Below are positions 12,301 through 25,090 of a DNA stretch of 64,000 bases, one piece after another. Position numbers and translations under genes: made by a program. Every line of letters starts with the position of its first letter. Positions within the stretch are counted from its first letter, which is position 1. The notes beneath the pieces were generated by a model. It was not told the origin of the DNA and did not search any database. It saw only the letters and a program-made list of their open reading frames with translations. The stretch comes from Octopus sinensis. Taxonomy: Eukaryota. The DNA lies in assembly GCF_006345805.1 (NCBI RefSeq), contig NC_043017.1:24490001-24554000 (forward strand), in the 5' to 3' direction.

Positions 12301-13074
12301 AGTTTTCTGGTTTCTTAGAAAAATTAGTTTTCGTTTTCACCAGTGCAAACGAGTCAAAAAGAAATAGCAGCCAAATCACTCTCAAATTGACTCCATCTTA
12401 TATAAAGGAAGACACCCTAGATAACGAAGTCTCTGATGTATAAAAAGACTGGTGGGACATGGTTGGAATGCTTCTGATCATAGATTTGCTGAATCATGTC
12501 TGATAAAGGGCTAAGCAACAATGCTCCTTCTGGTTTGATCACAACACAACCTGCTGTTGAAACAGTCAAAATATTTAAACATGTAACAGTATAGTGTTTT
12601 GTTCAGACACTGCAGGTCACCCTTGACTTAGCAGACACATGAACAAAGGCGTTTCCAGCTGTCACTGTCCTACCTTTCTTTCTAGGTGTATCTACGATTA
12701 TATTTTGTAATGCAGTTTATGCAAGACAGAATTTTTAATTTCAGATATATTTTACTGCTCTTTCTAGCATGTTAAGTGATCCACACAGATGCAGCCATAC
12801 CAGAACTATGGTAAAGAGTGGGGAGAAGTTACTCCTCTTGGTGCAAAATTTCCTCCGGCTTCTCATGCTTAAGTGGGAGGGTAACAATAACATCTTAGCC
12901 TCCCTGCCACCACTAGCACCAAGACTAGGCCAGTGACCTGTCTGGGCACATTGTAGATAAAGCAGTAGGTAACACCATGTACTTGTTTCTATCATCAAGA
13001 GACATCTCACCCCCAATTAACAACTCAAAACTTGTTTCACTCAAATAACGAGAAAGCTTTTTCTTGTGTTTATC

Positions 13075-13440
13075 TGTTGTTTTACTCATTGGACGGCAGC
13101 CAGAATGGGACACTACCTTGAAGGGTTTCAAGCCAAACAAATCGACCCCACTACTTTTTTTCTTTCCCCCACTTTTTCTAAGCGTGGTACTTATTCTATC
13201 AGTCTCTTATGTCAAACCAAGTTACAGGGATGTAAACAAACCAACACCAGTTGTTAAACAGCAGGACACAAACACATGTGTATGTGTGTATATATATATA
13301 TACAGGACAGGCTTCTTTCAGTTGCCATTTAACAAATCCACTCACAAGGTTCTGACAGGCCTGGGGCCTTAGTAAAAGACACTTGCCCAGAGTTCCACAC
13401 AGTGAGGCTGAACCAAAAACCACGTGATGCCTGCACCTGT
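13075..13440 (-). mobile_element. SINE family A, decayed
   Basis: Reverse-complement homology to the young family A copies. Confidence 0.75.
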
Positions 13441-13446
13441 TCATTA

Positions 13447-13492
<46 letters not shown>

Positions 13493-13681
13493 TGCATATA
13501 CACACGTGTATATATGTGTGTATGTGCATATGCATTCATACATATATATTTCTTTTAATTTATGCTGATTTCATCACAACCACAGTTGAATATATATTTT
13601 CCATCAATCGACTAATTCCCTAAAATATGCAAAGTGCCAAATATTTAACTATCATCACATATACAGTGTTGACACACATAC

Positions 13682-13733
13682 CCACAAAATATCATTTGGA
13701 AACAGGCATCTTGCTTCTTTGACCTTCTACTGG
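13682..13733 (-). other. Candidate exon of a minus-strand transcript
   Basis: Acceptor gtttgttcttaattcag, donor TGG|gtatgt, 52 nt of non-repetitive sequence. Confidence 0.25.
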
Positions 13734-13884
13734 CTGAATTAAGAACAAACAAGCATGTTCTCCACTTAAATTCTGATTCAGAAGGCCAAAGATATGCTAA
13801 ACTCAAGTTATAAAACTATCCCCAACAAAACAAACTTCTTCGAAACATTCTAGAGAGAACCAAAAAGAAAAATAATTGAATAAT

Positions 13885-14450
13885 TAAACAGGTGCAAGCA
13901 TGGATGTGTGGTTAAAAAGGCTTGCTTCCCAACCACTTCGTTCCAGGTTCAGCCCCAATGCACGGCACCTTAAACTATAATAGAAGTGTCTTCAATAGCA
14001 CTGAGCCAACCAAAGCCTTGTGAATATGGTAGACGGAAACTGGGTGAAATCCCATTGTGTGTGTGTCTGTGTGTATCTTTGTGTCTGTGTTTGTCACCCT
14101 TATATCGCTTGACAACCGGTATTGGTTTGTTTGCGTCCACAAAAGGGTCTTCAATAGCACTGAGCCAACCAAAGCCTTGTGAATTTGGTAGACGGAAACT
14201 GGGTGAAATCCCATTGTGTGTGTGTCTGTGTGTATCTTCGTGTCTGTGTTTGTCACCCCTATATCGCTTGACAACCGGTATTGGTTTGTTTGCGTCCGCA
14301 AAAGAAACCAACGGAACCAGTACAATACATTTTATAGGGAAAGAAAGTATTGGGCCCCGATCTGTTCGACTAAACTCTTTTAAGGCGGTGCCCCGGCATG
14401 ACTGCAGTCGAATGACTGAAATGAATAAGAGACAAAACCAAAAAAATAAA
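13885..14450 (+). mobile_element. SINE family A with a 159-bp internal tandem duplication
   Basis: GTCTTCAATAGCACTGAGCC...GCGTCC(A/G)CAAAAG repeats at 13988 and 14147 with few differences; SINE head upstream and tail downstream. Confidence 0.8.
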
Positions 14451-14881
14451 ATAAAATAAAATACAAAAATAGCGCTATTATGAAAATCCGTGAGAAAAAA
14501 ATGGCATTTGATTTATGGGGCCCTAAACTACACTTCTACTGTCATTTCAAATCTATATTACTTGAGAATACCAGGAACTATTAAGCGCCACTTCACATTG
14601 GTTCTTCCATTCCTGTCTGATAAAATGAGCCAAGACCTTCCAAATAATTGATTAATTTTCCTCGAAACGAAATACCAAAGATCATATGAGTTTCAATTTT
14701 AATAAATTTTTTCAAATAAAATTCACAATAAAAACAAATAATTCCATCTTATTTAGACGCAAAGCCTCTCATTTTAAAAGAGTGAAGAATGAGAGTGCAA
14801 CGATCATCGTTGGTTTTTGTTTTTTAAGGATTATTTTTCGGGTACGAGATATTCTGATTTCAACTACAAATCGAAACCTAC

Positions 14882-14940
14882 CAGCCAGGAAGAACAACAT
14901 TCGACAAACCTCACGTAATTGTCTGTCTTCTTATATATAG
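14882..14940 (-). other. Candidate 5' exon of a minus-strand gene
   Basis: TATA-like CTATATATAAG, possible ATG at 14900 (MLFFLA), donor CTG|gtaggt at 14881; lies at the left edge of the CpG-rich domain. Confidence 0.3.
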
Positions 14941-15639
14941 GCAAAGTTGTTATACGAATAAATTTAATATATATTATAATGAAGAGCATTCAAAAGAGAT
15001 TTACACTAATATTATTCCGAGTTTTCACGTAATCACTTTCCGACATAAAGCGAAACTCAGAGTAACCACAATGAAAAATCTTCTTTTAATTATCAACTCT
15101 CATCGAGTTCTTTTTATTTATACATACAGAAGTTTTATATATATATATATATATATATTATCGATTAACTAATTACTCTGAACAGGAATAGTTAACACGT
15201 CTGAGTCATTTCGTATTCTAGACGTCATTAAAATAAATACGATTTATTTAATATGGTCATCAATAAATTCTACATCACCACAGACACACGCAATTACACG
15301 GAAGAGAGGAAAGTAAATAATATCTTAGTCCTATATGTGTTGAACGGATTAGATAAGAGAAGACGGGAGAGAATATTAAAAACGAATAAACGATAATAGT
15401 CTTCCACGAGACACACACCACTAGACAATAAGTTAATGTTTAACATAAAGGTGATTGTTGTTGGATGAGCTTTTACGTAACAACAATGCAAACTTTGTTA
15501 ATATGGTGGAACACGTGGTTAGCTCCCATCTTTCAATTTCTAGGATACACTGACGTCTGTCTCTAGCTTTCGCAGTCCCAAATAAAAACCAAGAAATATA
15601 CTTTCAAGTGGTTATTTTTGATTTCCGTAAGCCAACCTT

Positions 15640-15677
15640 CCTTTTCGCTGGGTTTTTCCTGTATACTTCCTTCTTCC

Positions 15678-15711
<34 letters not shown>

Positions 15712-15840
15712 TTTATTTAAAGCAGCAGAAAATTCAACAAAATTCTGCTGCTTTAAATAAAGCATATTACTCTACCACTGGTATTTGAGTACTCTTTTTT
15801 TCCACCTTGTTTCACATTTATGCGTTTACTCCGGTATATA
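15640..15840. repeat. Dispersed repeat remnant with a perfect 20-bp hairpin (15711-15762)
   Basis: CTTTATTTAAAGCAGCAGAA / TTCTGCTGCTTTAAATAAAG with a 12-nt spacer. Confidence 0.6.
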
Positions 15841-16572
15841 TAATAGCACACACAGACAGACGTCTCAAAATGAAATATACACTCCTCATATGTTTTATCA
15901 ATGCGGACACTACTCGTATGTACGATGCTCAATCGGGTTAAATTATTTTTAAAAAGTGCACCTGGGAATATCTATTAAAAAATTAGATTAAGAATTTAAA
16001 TGCATCACATGTCGTTATTTTGTTTCTAGAAATAAATCTTCAAAAACTCGATGACGTCTATTTATTTGTGCGTGCGTGTGAGTGATGTCTGAGCTGAGAT
16101 TGCGTGCGTGTGTTTATATGCATCTCTAGTGGGCGGAGGTGAAGAATAAGTACACCATCCATTTTCGGCGTAAACCTCACCCTAAACACCGGGTGTACGT
16201 GTTTTTTACTTTCGCCCTATAGTGTGTATGTATGTTGTATAAACCACAGAATCCAGTTTTGCTCGGGTTCATTTCTACCTAAACACCCTACATTTTGGAG
16301 GAATGGCTTCAAAAAAGATGCCGAACGTCTTCTGTTTGGCTTAGGGATGTCGATGCACTCCGAACTATGTTACAACAAAGCTGTTCAAAAGCTGGTTTCA
16401 TTGGGCTTCATAAAAGGGGCAAAAATAAACCAAATCTTAGAACCTAATGATCCAATAGCCTTCTTAAAAAAGGGGCGCATCTCCTAGCGTAAAATTTCAG
16501 CATACAACTTGAAAGATCAAAAAATAGAGACGTGTGTGTGTACACAAACACTTTTATATATTACAATGAGGA

Positions 16573-16603
<31 letters not shown>

Positions 16604-16619
16604 TTAAACGAGAGGAGGG

Positions 16620-16969
16620 GGAATTGGATGAGGTGATCATCATCTGACACATGATCCTCCTCCAATGCCCCCATCCCCACTCAAAAGATCTCTGTCTTGC
16701 AAAGTTACTTGGTGACCCTGCCAGTGTTGGTGCCACGTAAAAATCATCCAGTCCACATTGTAAAGTGGTTGGCGTTTGGAAGGGCATCCAGCTGTAAAAG
16801 CCATGCCAAAACTGACCTCGCCTGTGCTTGTGTCACGTAAAAAGCACTGCCCACTGTGAAAACCCTGCCAAAACAGATACAGGAGTCTGGTGCAGGCTCC
16901 TGCCTGGCCAACTCTTGTCAAACCGACCAAACCCATGCCAGCATGGAAGACGGACGTTAAACGATGATG
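16620..16969 (+). mobile_element. (GAT)n-tail family fragment
   Basis: Ends AACCCATGCCAGCATGGAAGACGGACGTTAAACGATGATG. Confidence 0.65.
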
Positions 16970-17084
16970 GTACACAGTGTTTATAACTATTCTGATAGAA
17001 AACTAGTCAATATACCGATGGAAATGCAAACAGTTTATAGAGTACAGTGTATACTCTCACTTTCTCTCTTACACACATACACAC

Positions 17085-17135
<51 letters not shown>

Positions 17136-17544
17136 GACGTAGTGGGAGCAGCCCCTGAGTTTGCCGCCCCCTACTCTGGGATCCCAAACCCTATACATGC
17201 TTTTACAGCAGAACCAAAAGGGCTGCACCCTATCCCTCAAGAATACATAATATGAAGGTGTTGATTCGAGCGGTTAGGATGCTGTGTCCTTGAGCAAGGC
17301 GCTTTATTTTACGTTGCTCCAGCCAAGTCAGCGGGAAAAAAAGGGAGGGGTACCATCCCATCGCTGGCGCAGCCCTCTCGTCTCGCTCAAGACTGTCACA
17401 TCACTTCCTGGATGTTCTGTCGGGTGAAGAGAGGTGTGGCCGAGAAGTTATCTACAAAATCTGTTCACGACTACACAGGCACATGAAACAAGTTACGGGC
17501 AACCATGGTACTAAATCATACTCGCTTGAAAGTGAGGGATACAT

Positions 17545-17771
17545 GCACAGGAATGGCTGTGTGGTAAGAAGCTAGCTCTTCCCTACAACATTGTTCCGGG
17601 TTCAAAACCCATTACGTGGCACCATAGGAGTCTTCTACTGTAACCGTCTACTCACACAGAAATACGCCTGTCGTATACATATTATTCATATGTAAGGACT
17701 GGAGTCGATTCGTCTAACTTTAAAACTGTTCGGGGCGGTGCCCCAGCATGCCTGCAGTCCAATGATTGAAA

Positions 17772-17775
<4 letters not shown>
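17545..17775 (+). mobile_element. Internally deleted SINE family A copy
   Basis: Head CAGGAATGGCTGTGTGGTAAG and tail GGCGGTGCCCCAGCATG..AATGATTGAAAC. Confidence 0.65.
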
Positions 17776-17816
<41 letters not shown>

Positions 17817-18239
17817 GCATGTGTGTGTATACTAGCATCGTACGTATGAACGTGCAAACCATACGAATTCCCAAAAACCGGATTTTGGTAATGACGGGTG
17901 ATGAGATATTTAAACGTATATTTAACCATGAATATATATAAGATGCATAGTTATCAATTTTTCAGAGTTTTTTGTTTTTGTTTTCTTTCTTTTTATTGCT
18001 TTTTTTATTGCTTTTGGTGGCGGGGGTGGAGCTGGTCACGGTTAGGTATCAACTTACAGTCGTTCTAGAACAAATTAAAAAAACCTTCGGCCGTAATAGA
18101 ATTTAGAAGGGAAACACTTAAAACGATGACAAAAAAGTTAAGGTGCGGGATGACGTTAATTACGAAAAAATAAAACCCACAGGAAACTTAGATGTTCTTA
18201 TCTATATTAAGGTCACCATCACATGTGTGTGACTATATC

Positions 18240-18281
<42 letters not shown>

Positions 18282-19160
18282 GGGTGTGTGTCTTCCGATA
18301 CGAAACGTTAGGTCCCTGAGTAATTCCTATTGTGTGTTTTAGCTTACATCATACACGTGTATATATATGTGAGTTCTGGTTCGAATCTGTAGTCTCCTCA
18401 AGTAATCCCTATCGTATTTTCAACTTACATTACACATACGTGTGTGTGTGGTGTGTGTGTAGACGTTCTATAATGGCGAAATGATTATAAACAGAGAGAG
18501 ACAGGCAGAAACAAAGGCAAAAAGAAAAACAATATTCACTTTGGAACAGTTGCGAAAATTCTAAAGAATATGTGGAATAATAAAATTGAGTGAGACACAG
18601 ACCAGAAGGAATTTGAAAATGTTTACGTGGTTCCGTTTGATAGGATATTAATAGAGAATGGATTACACACACACACATATGTGTAACCCAAAGTATGGGC
18701 ATAAAGGCATGTGTGTGTACACATAGATACATGCATGTATGCATACACACACACATATATATATATATATAATAAGCGTGTCAATATATATATATAAATA
18801 TAAGCATATATAGATGTGTAGGGATATATTCATATACAGAAAAAGCAGTGTGTATGTATGTAAGCGTATATATAATAATGATGATGATATATGTATATAT
18901 ATATATATATATAGGGGACTATGCGTAACCGTGTTTACATAATCAGATGTATTTGCATATATAAATGTCTACATATCTACACAGATGTGTGTGTGTGTAT
19001 GTGTATACGTGCGTATGTGTGAGAGAGAGAGCTAGCTAGTGTATGTGTGTATGTGCGTGCGTATATATAATCATATGTGTATGATTTGTAGGGACATAGT
19101 CATATGCAGAAATATGTAGGTATATATATACACACACACACACATATAGAATAGGAGCAA

Positions 19161-19694
19161 GTCTCTATATGGGTATACACATCTGTGCATATATATACAT
19201 ACATCTGTACGTACGTATACATATCTGCACAAATATCTGAGTATATATACACATTACTATATATATATAGGTATATGCCTGTGTGTGTATATTCTATTTG
19301 ATGTATATATATATAGTCTCTATATGGGTATACACATCTGTGCATATATACATACATCTGTACGTACGTATACATATCTGCACACAAATATCTGAGTATA
19401 TATATATATATAGGTATATGCCTGTGTGTGTATATTCTATTTGATGTATATATATATATGGGCGATCATATATATATAAATATATAGGTATATGCCTGTG
19501 TGTGTATATTCTATTTGATGTATATATATATATATATATGGGCGATCATATATATATATAGATATATGCCTGTGTGTGTATATTCTATTTGATGTATATA
19601 TATATATATGGGCGATCATATATATATATATATATATATATAGGTATATGCCTGTGTGTGTATATTCTATTTGATGTATATATATATATGGGCG

Positions 19695-19732
<38 letters not shown>

Positions 19733-19775
19733 TATATGCCTGTGTGTGTATATTCTATTTGATGTATATATATAT
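19161..19775. repeat. Compound minisatellite: ~150-bp unit x2, then ~60-70-bp unit x5
   Basis: Repeated GGTATATGCCTGTGTGTGTATATTCTATTTGATG and TGGGCGATCATA separated by variable (TA)n. Confidence 0.9.
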
Positions 19776-20137
19776 ATATACACATACATACACTGAGGAC
19801 AGGTGGCTTTCTGAAGAAATGACTTCTTGTAAACAGAAGAGGGTTGATAATTTATTGGTGTTGTTGTTTTTAGTTGCAATTCGCTTTTATTTTAGATAAG
19901 AGCAGAAAATAATTACCAGTATCAGAGTGTACCGTCACCATGAAAGCAATGGGTAAGAAGAACCCAGTTGTCTGAACCGACATGTCATCGACAAAAACCG
20001 GTGGTGACAATGACAATTAATGGCATTCGCTTATTAAGTGTACTCTACACACAGACCACACATATTAGATAAAACTCATGACTTTGGAAGACGACTTGAC
20101 AAGAGAGAAGGGGGAAAAAAAAACAATATATATCTAC

Positions 20138-20183
<46 letters not shown>

Positions 20184-20516
20184 ATATATATACAAATAGA
20201 TATGAAAATACCTCTTGAAAAGCAGAGGATGAAGGAAGGAAAACAAAATGAAAACTCAACGAACCTACAGCATAGTCAGTCCCGAGTATTTTGCTCTGTT
20301 TTCAGCGATGAAAAAAAATCAGACAATACCACCTAGGCGGAACTGATACAGGACGTACATTTTTCAAATGCATTCCAAATAGATCGTAATTCGTAACCTC
20401 CTCCCATTCCTAGCTCTCGAAATGTTACAGAACACAAAGTGGGGGTTCTGTTTCGAAGAGCTTCACAGTTGCGAATCGATCCCCCATTTACTGCTATTAC
20501 GATGATGTGCAACACT

Positions 20517-20560
<44 letters not shown>

Positions 20561-20568
<8 letters not shown>

Positions 20569-22477
20569 ATCTGTTTCATTCACTGCCTAAACACTTTATC
20601 ATCGGCGTGTTAACGAAATCAAATTGATTCGTTAAAATTGCGCACAGGTATGGGATAACGGCGAAAAAAAAAGATAGAAACATTGAGAGACGTGAAAAAG
20701 AGCCCAACTTACCGGCTACAAAAATTCAAGTAAAGTTTTGCTTGTTTCTTTTTTCCTCGGCAGGAAATTCCAATCTACGACTGCCTTGTCTAAAAATGGC
20801 GACGACAGCTTCCTGTTTTGCCAACCAACAGCAGCGAGGATGCAAATTAAAAAGAACAGCAACAGTTGGTGGGAAAAGTCCGCATAATTTCTCAAAAAAA
20901 ATTTAAACCTAATACAACGAAAAATATCAACGACGTGAACAGTGTAGAATTAATTTCTAAAAAAAATCGTTTAACGCATTTTGCAAATAAAATTTAAATA
21001 AACAGGGTCATTTCTGGGATTAAATAAAAAAAAAAGAAAAACAACCAACCAACAAACTAACAAACAAACAAACAAAAGAGTAAAAATTTCTGCTTGGATA
21101 TATAGTATGTGTTAGAGCTCAAACGGGGGAGGTAGTGCGTTTGTAGTAAGAGCCAAGGCAAAAAGAACCCGTATGTCGGAAGCAACGTGCAGTGCTGCTC
21201 CTTGTCCGATGCCAGTTGCAGGTGGAGATGTGTAACGTCGTCTTGATGCTGACTGATGCAACCAAAACCACAATAAGGTAACTTATTTTAATGAATGGAC
21301 ACGCTTAATAGAGTCCCCACTTTTTTCTCTTAACACTTAATAACCTTAAAAAAGAAATCTAACCATACGATCTTGTAAATCTATATATATTCTCTTGATT
21401 GAATATTTGTTTGTGTATGTTTATATACTGCAATACCATAACAATTAAAATTTTTTTTCCTTCTTCTAATTAGGTACTAAGATTACCTATATATATATAT
21501 ATTATATATATATATATACACACACAATCTGTTTCATTCACTGCCTAAACACTTTATCATCGGCGTGTTAACGAAATCAAATTGATTCGTTAAAATTGCG
21601 CACAGGTATGGGATAACGGCGAAAAAAAAAGATAGAAACATTGAGAGACGTGAAAAAGAGCCCAACTTACCGGCTACAAAAATTCAAGTAAAGTTTTGCT
21701 TGTTTCTTTTTTCCTCGGCAGGAAATTCCAATCTACGACTGCCTTGTCTAAAAATGGCGACGACAGCTTCCTGTTTTGCCAACCAACAGCAGCGAGGATG
21801 CAAATTAAAAAGAACAGCAACAGTTGGTGGGAAAAGTCCGCATAATTTCTCAAAAAAAATTTAAACCTAATACAACGAAAAATATCAACGACGTGAACAG
21901 TGTAGAATTAATTTCTAAAAAAAATCGTTTAACGCATTTTGCAAATAAAATTTAAATAAACAGGGTCATTTCTGGGATTAAATAAAAAAAAAAAGAAAAA
22001 CAACCAACCAACCAACAAACAAACAAACAAACAAACAAACAAAAGAGTAAAAATTTCTGCTTGGATATATAGTATGTGTTAGAGCTCAAACGGGGGAGGT
22101 AGTGCGTTTGTAGTAAGAGCCAAGACAAAAAGAACCCGTATGTCGGAAGCAACGTGCAGTGCTGCTCCTTGTCCGATGCCAGTTGCAGGTGGAGATGTGT
22201 AACGTCGTCTTGATGCTGACTGATGCAACCAAAACCACAATAAGGTAACTTATTTTAATGAATGGACACGCTTAATAGAGTCCCCACTTTTTTCTCTTAA
22301 CACTTAATAACCTTAAAAAAGAAATCTAACCATACGATCTTGTAAATCTATATATATTCTCTTGATTGAATATTTGTTTGTGTATGTTTATATACTGCAA
22401 TACCATAACAATTAAAATTTTTTTTCCTTCTTCTAATTAGGTACTAAGATTACCTATATATATATATATATATATAT
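20561..22477 (+). repeat. Near-identical tandem duplication, period 958 bp
   Basis: CAATCTGTTTCATTCACTGCC at 20567 and 21525; differences seen are a CAAA/CCAA microsatellite length and one G/A substitution; (TA)n at all three junctions. Confidence 0.95.
21125..21277 (+). promoter_or_regulatory. Candidate non-coding first exon of the + strand gene (second copy ends 22244)
   Basis: CpG-rich unique sequence with upstream AAAATGGCG (YY1-like), CTTCCTG (ETS-like) and GATATATAG (TATA-like) motifs; donor AAG|gtaact at 21278 and 22245. The start coordinate is a guess. Confidence 0.45.
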
Positions 22478-22481
22478 TTTC

Positions 22482-22880
22482 CTGATCTGATCACCTATTT
22501 CTTATTGTGTTTGCAGATCGATATTAACAAGAACCTTTTTTTAAAAAAAAAAAAATAAATAAAGCATAAATAATAATAGTAATAATAAGTTAATGTTTAT
22601 TTTTTTTCAATCTTGGAACTATGATCACCTATTTTACTTTTTTCGATCTGTTCTAATCTGATCACCTATTTCTGATGGTCCTTGCTGATCGATATTGACA
22701 AAAACAAACAAAAAAAAGGGCGGCATAATAGTTATAATATTAATAAGTTAATTTTTTGAGAAAATACGATTAACGATTACCTTTTTTCTTTTTTCCTGAT
22801 CTGATCGCTTATTTCTAATCGTGCTTGCTGATCGATATTAAGAGGAAGAAAAAAAGCATAATAAATAATAATGATAATCA
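22482..22880 (+). repeat. Three diverged ~140-170-bp tandem units
   Basis: CTGATCTGATCACCTATTTCT...TTGC(A/T)GATCGATATT at 22482, 22653 and 22796. Confidence 0.8.
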
Positions 22881-23010
22881 ATTCAGCCGTTCCAGTGCTA
22901 TTTTCTGCAAGTGTTTTTCATATCACTTGCACTTTTCGATTTCCTAATTATTTTTATTTTCCTCTATAATAGTAATAATAAAAAAAACTTGACTAATTTA
23001 GATTTCATAT

Positions 23011-23665
23011 TTGCGACAGGTGTCCTTTCCAAATAAGGATCATAATATGCAAACAGTAAGACTTCAGTTTAGCGACAACTACTTCTTTTTTATTTACGCC
23101 TTTCTTACTGAATTATAATTTACTTATTATATTAATTAGACAATTATAAATCTTAAAGTAAAAACTGCACTTTTGCGACAGGTGTCCTTTCCAAATAAGG
23201 ATCATAATATGCAAACAGTAAGACTTCAGTTTCGCGACAACTACTTCTTATTTATTTACGCCTTTCTTAATGAATTATAATTTACTTATTATATTAATTA
23301 GACAATTATAAATCTTAAAGTAAAAAATGCACTTTTAGAAGAACAAAAAAAAAGAAAAAAGTATAATACACAAACAGTAAGACTTCAATGTTTTCAACAA
23401 CTATTTTTTATTTTTTGAAATCTTATTAAATTTCAATCTAGTACTTTATATTAATTAGATCTTTATTTAATCTTGAAGTAAAAATATACTTTCAAAAGAA
23501 CCAAAGTAAGATATAATAAATACTTAAGCAGTAAGACTTCAATATTCTCAGCAACCACTATTTCTTATTTCTTTAACTTTTCTCACTGAATTGTAATTTA
23601 TTGTTTATATTTATTGGATTTTTTTATTATTCTTAAAGTAATAAACGTACTTTCAAAATAACAAA
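23011..23665 (+). repeat. ~160-bp tandem array (two near-identical and two diverged units)
   Basis: TTGCGACAGGTGTCC at 23011 and 23173 (period 162); CAGTAAGACTTC recurs at ~23375 and ~23529. Confidence 0.85.
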
Positions 23666-23996
23666 AAGCAACAAAAAAAAGAAGAAAAAAATGAAAAGAA
23701 AAAGTAAAACAAACATTCCCTTGGTCTTCTTTCTCTTTTCCTTCTTAAAATGAATTGTCACTTTTGCTTCACCGATGAGATTACTTCGTGACAAGTTCTT
23801 TCTTTTTCACTCTTTTGTTATTATATTGTGATTGTTACAAACGATAATAAAAAGAAGAAGAACAATAATAATAATCCTTGAACCCAACCTGTGTGATTTG
23901 TGCTTTGTTAGGTGATTCTTTTTAAATGTTATGTTTAGTTTTTTTTTTTTATTATGTTATATGTAGGGTACTTCGTATTTATTTATTTTACTCCAG

Positions 23997-24057
23997 AGAA
24001 GATGGATCGATAGATCATGCGTGTAGCATTTCTTAACGTAATCTTGTCTGTCTAAAG
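23997..24057 (+). other. Candidate 5'UTR exon
   Basis: Acceptor tttatttattttactccag, donor AAG|gtgacg; contains only short uORFs. Confidence 0.3.
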
Positions 24058-24419
24058 GTGACGAGAAGAGGTGGGGGTTAAATACGAACAAAAAGAAAGG
24101 AACAGGTGAAAATTTAATTACAAACATACAGGTGGGTGTTACTTGGTGTGTGTGTGTGTGTGTATTAACGCATGTGTGTCTGTCTGTAGGTGTGTACGTA
24201 TGCCTATGTGTGTATATATAGTTATGTATATGCCTGTAGTTATAAATGTGTATGTATGCTTGTGTATCTGTATGTACCTGTGTATGTCTCTGTATGCATG
24301 TTTTTATTTGTATGTATGTACGTGTGTGTGTATGTGTGTGCGTGTGTATATATATTATGCGATGTGTGTGTGTTATGGATAACCTAATCGTTGTAAATTT
24401 GCTTCACATTATATTGGAG

Positions 24420-24450
24420 ATGGCGCGAGTGTTAGAGTCAGCCCCTACAG
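24420..24450 (+). other. Candidate 5'UTR or alternative exon (MARVLESAPT-G)
   Basis: ATGGCGCGAG...CCTACAG|gtaaac donor; acceptor weak (GAG), so it may instead be an alternative first exon. Confidence 0.25.
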
Positions 24451-24919
24451 GTAAACCCATTTCGAACACGATCTACGCTCAAGAGATGTTCCACCTGTGA
24501 CCATCATATCCTCTCTTCTGTGTGTGTGTGTATGCACGTGATTGCCTTGTTGCAACGTGTCCTTTCTTAAGATAGTAGGAGTGAATTTTTACTGCTATTT
24601 CTAGCAGTCGAGCGACCCGGTAGCTCATTACTTCATCGTTAACTCGTGACAAACCAGCAATAATGATGATATGTTTGATCAAGGACTGACGCCTTTTGTA
24701 ATTTTGTTTGAAAATAGAATTGTCAATATTGGTCATGCACTAATTGTCAAGCTTTCAACAAACACACACGTATGCACACACATTATCATAGATCGTTATC
24801 AACATCATTATCTTCAATAACAATAGTCGTTTGATTTTTTTTTTTGATTTTTTTTACTAAATTGAGTAATCTTATTGAATTTCGCTCTGTAGATAGTTAA
24901 TCTTGAAATACTGTGTGTT

Positions 24920-24925
24920 TATACA

Positions 24926-24969
<44 letters not shown>

Positions 24970-25010
24970 CTTGTATGTGTATATATATATATATATATGT
25001 ATGAACCTGT

Positions 25011-25044
<34 letters not shown>

Positions 25045-25059
25045 GAACCTGTATGTGTG

Positions 25060-25090
<31 letters not shown>

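Noticed and set aside
12741-13140. ORFs on both strands and a plus-strand acceptor/donor pair
   Set aside because: No consistent frame or motif; the 5' part of the minus ORF lies in a SINE.
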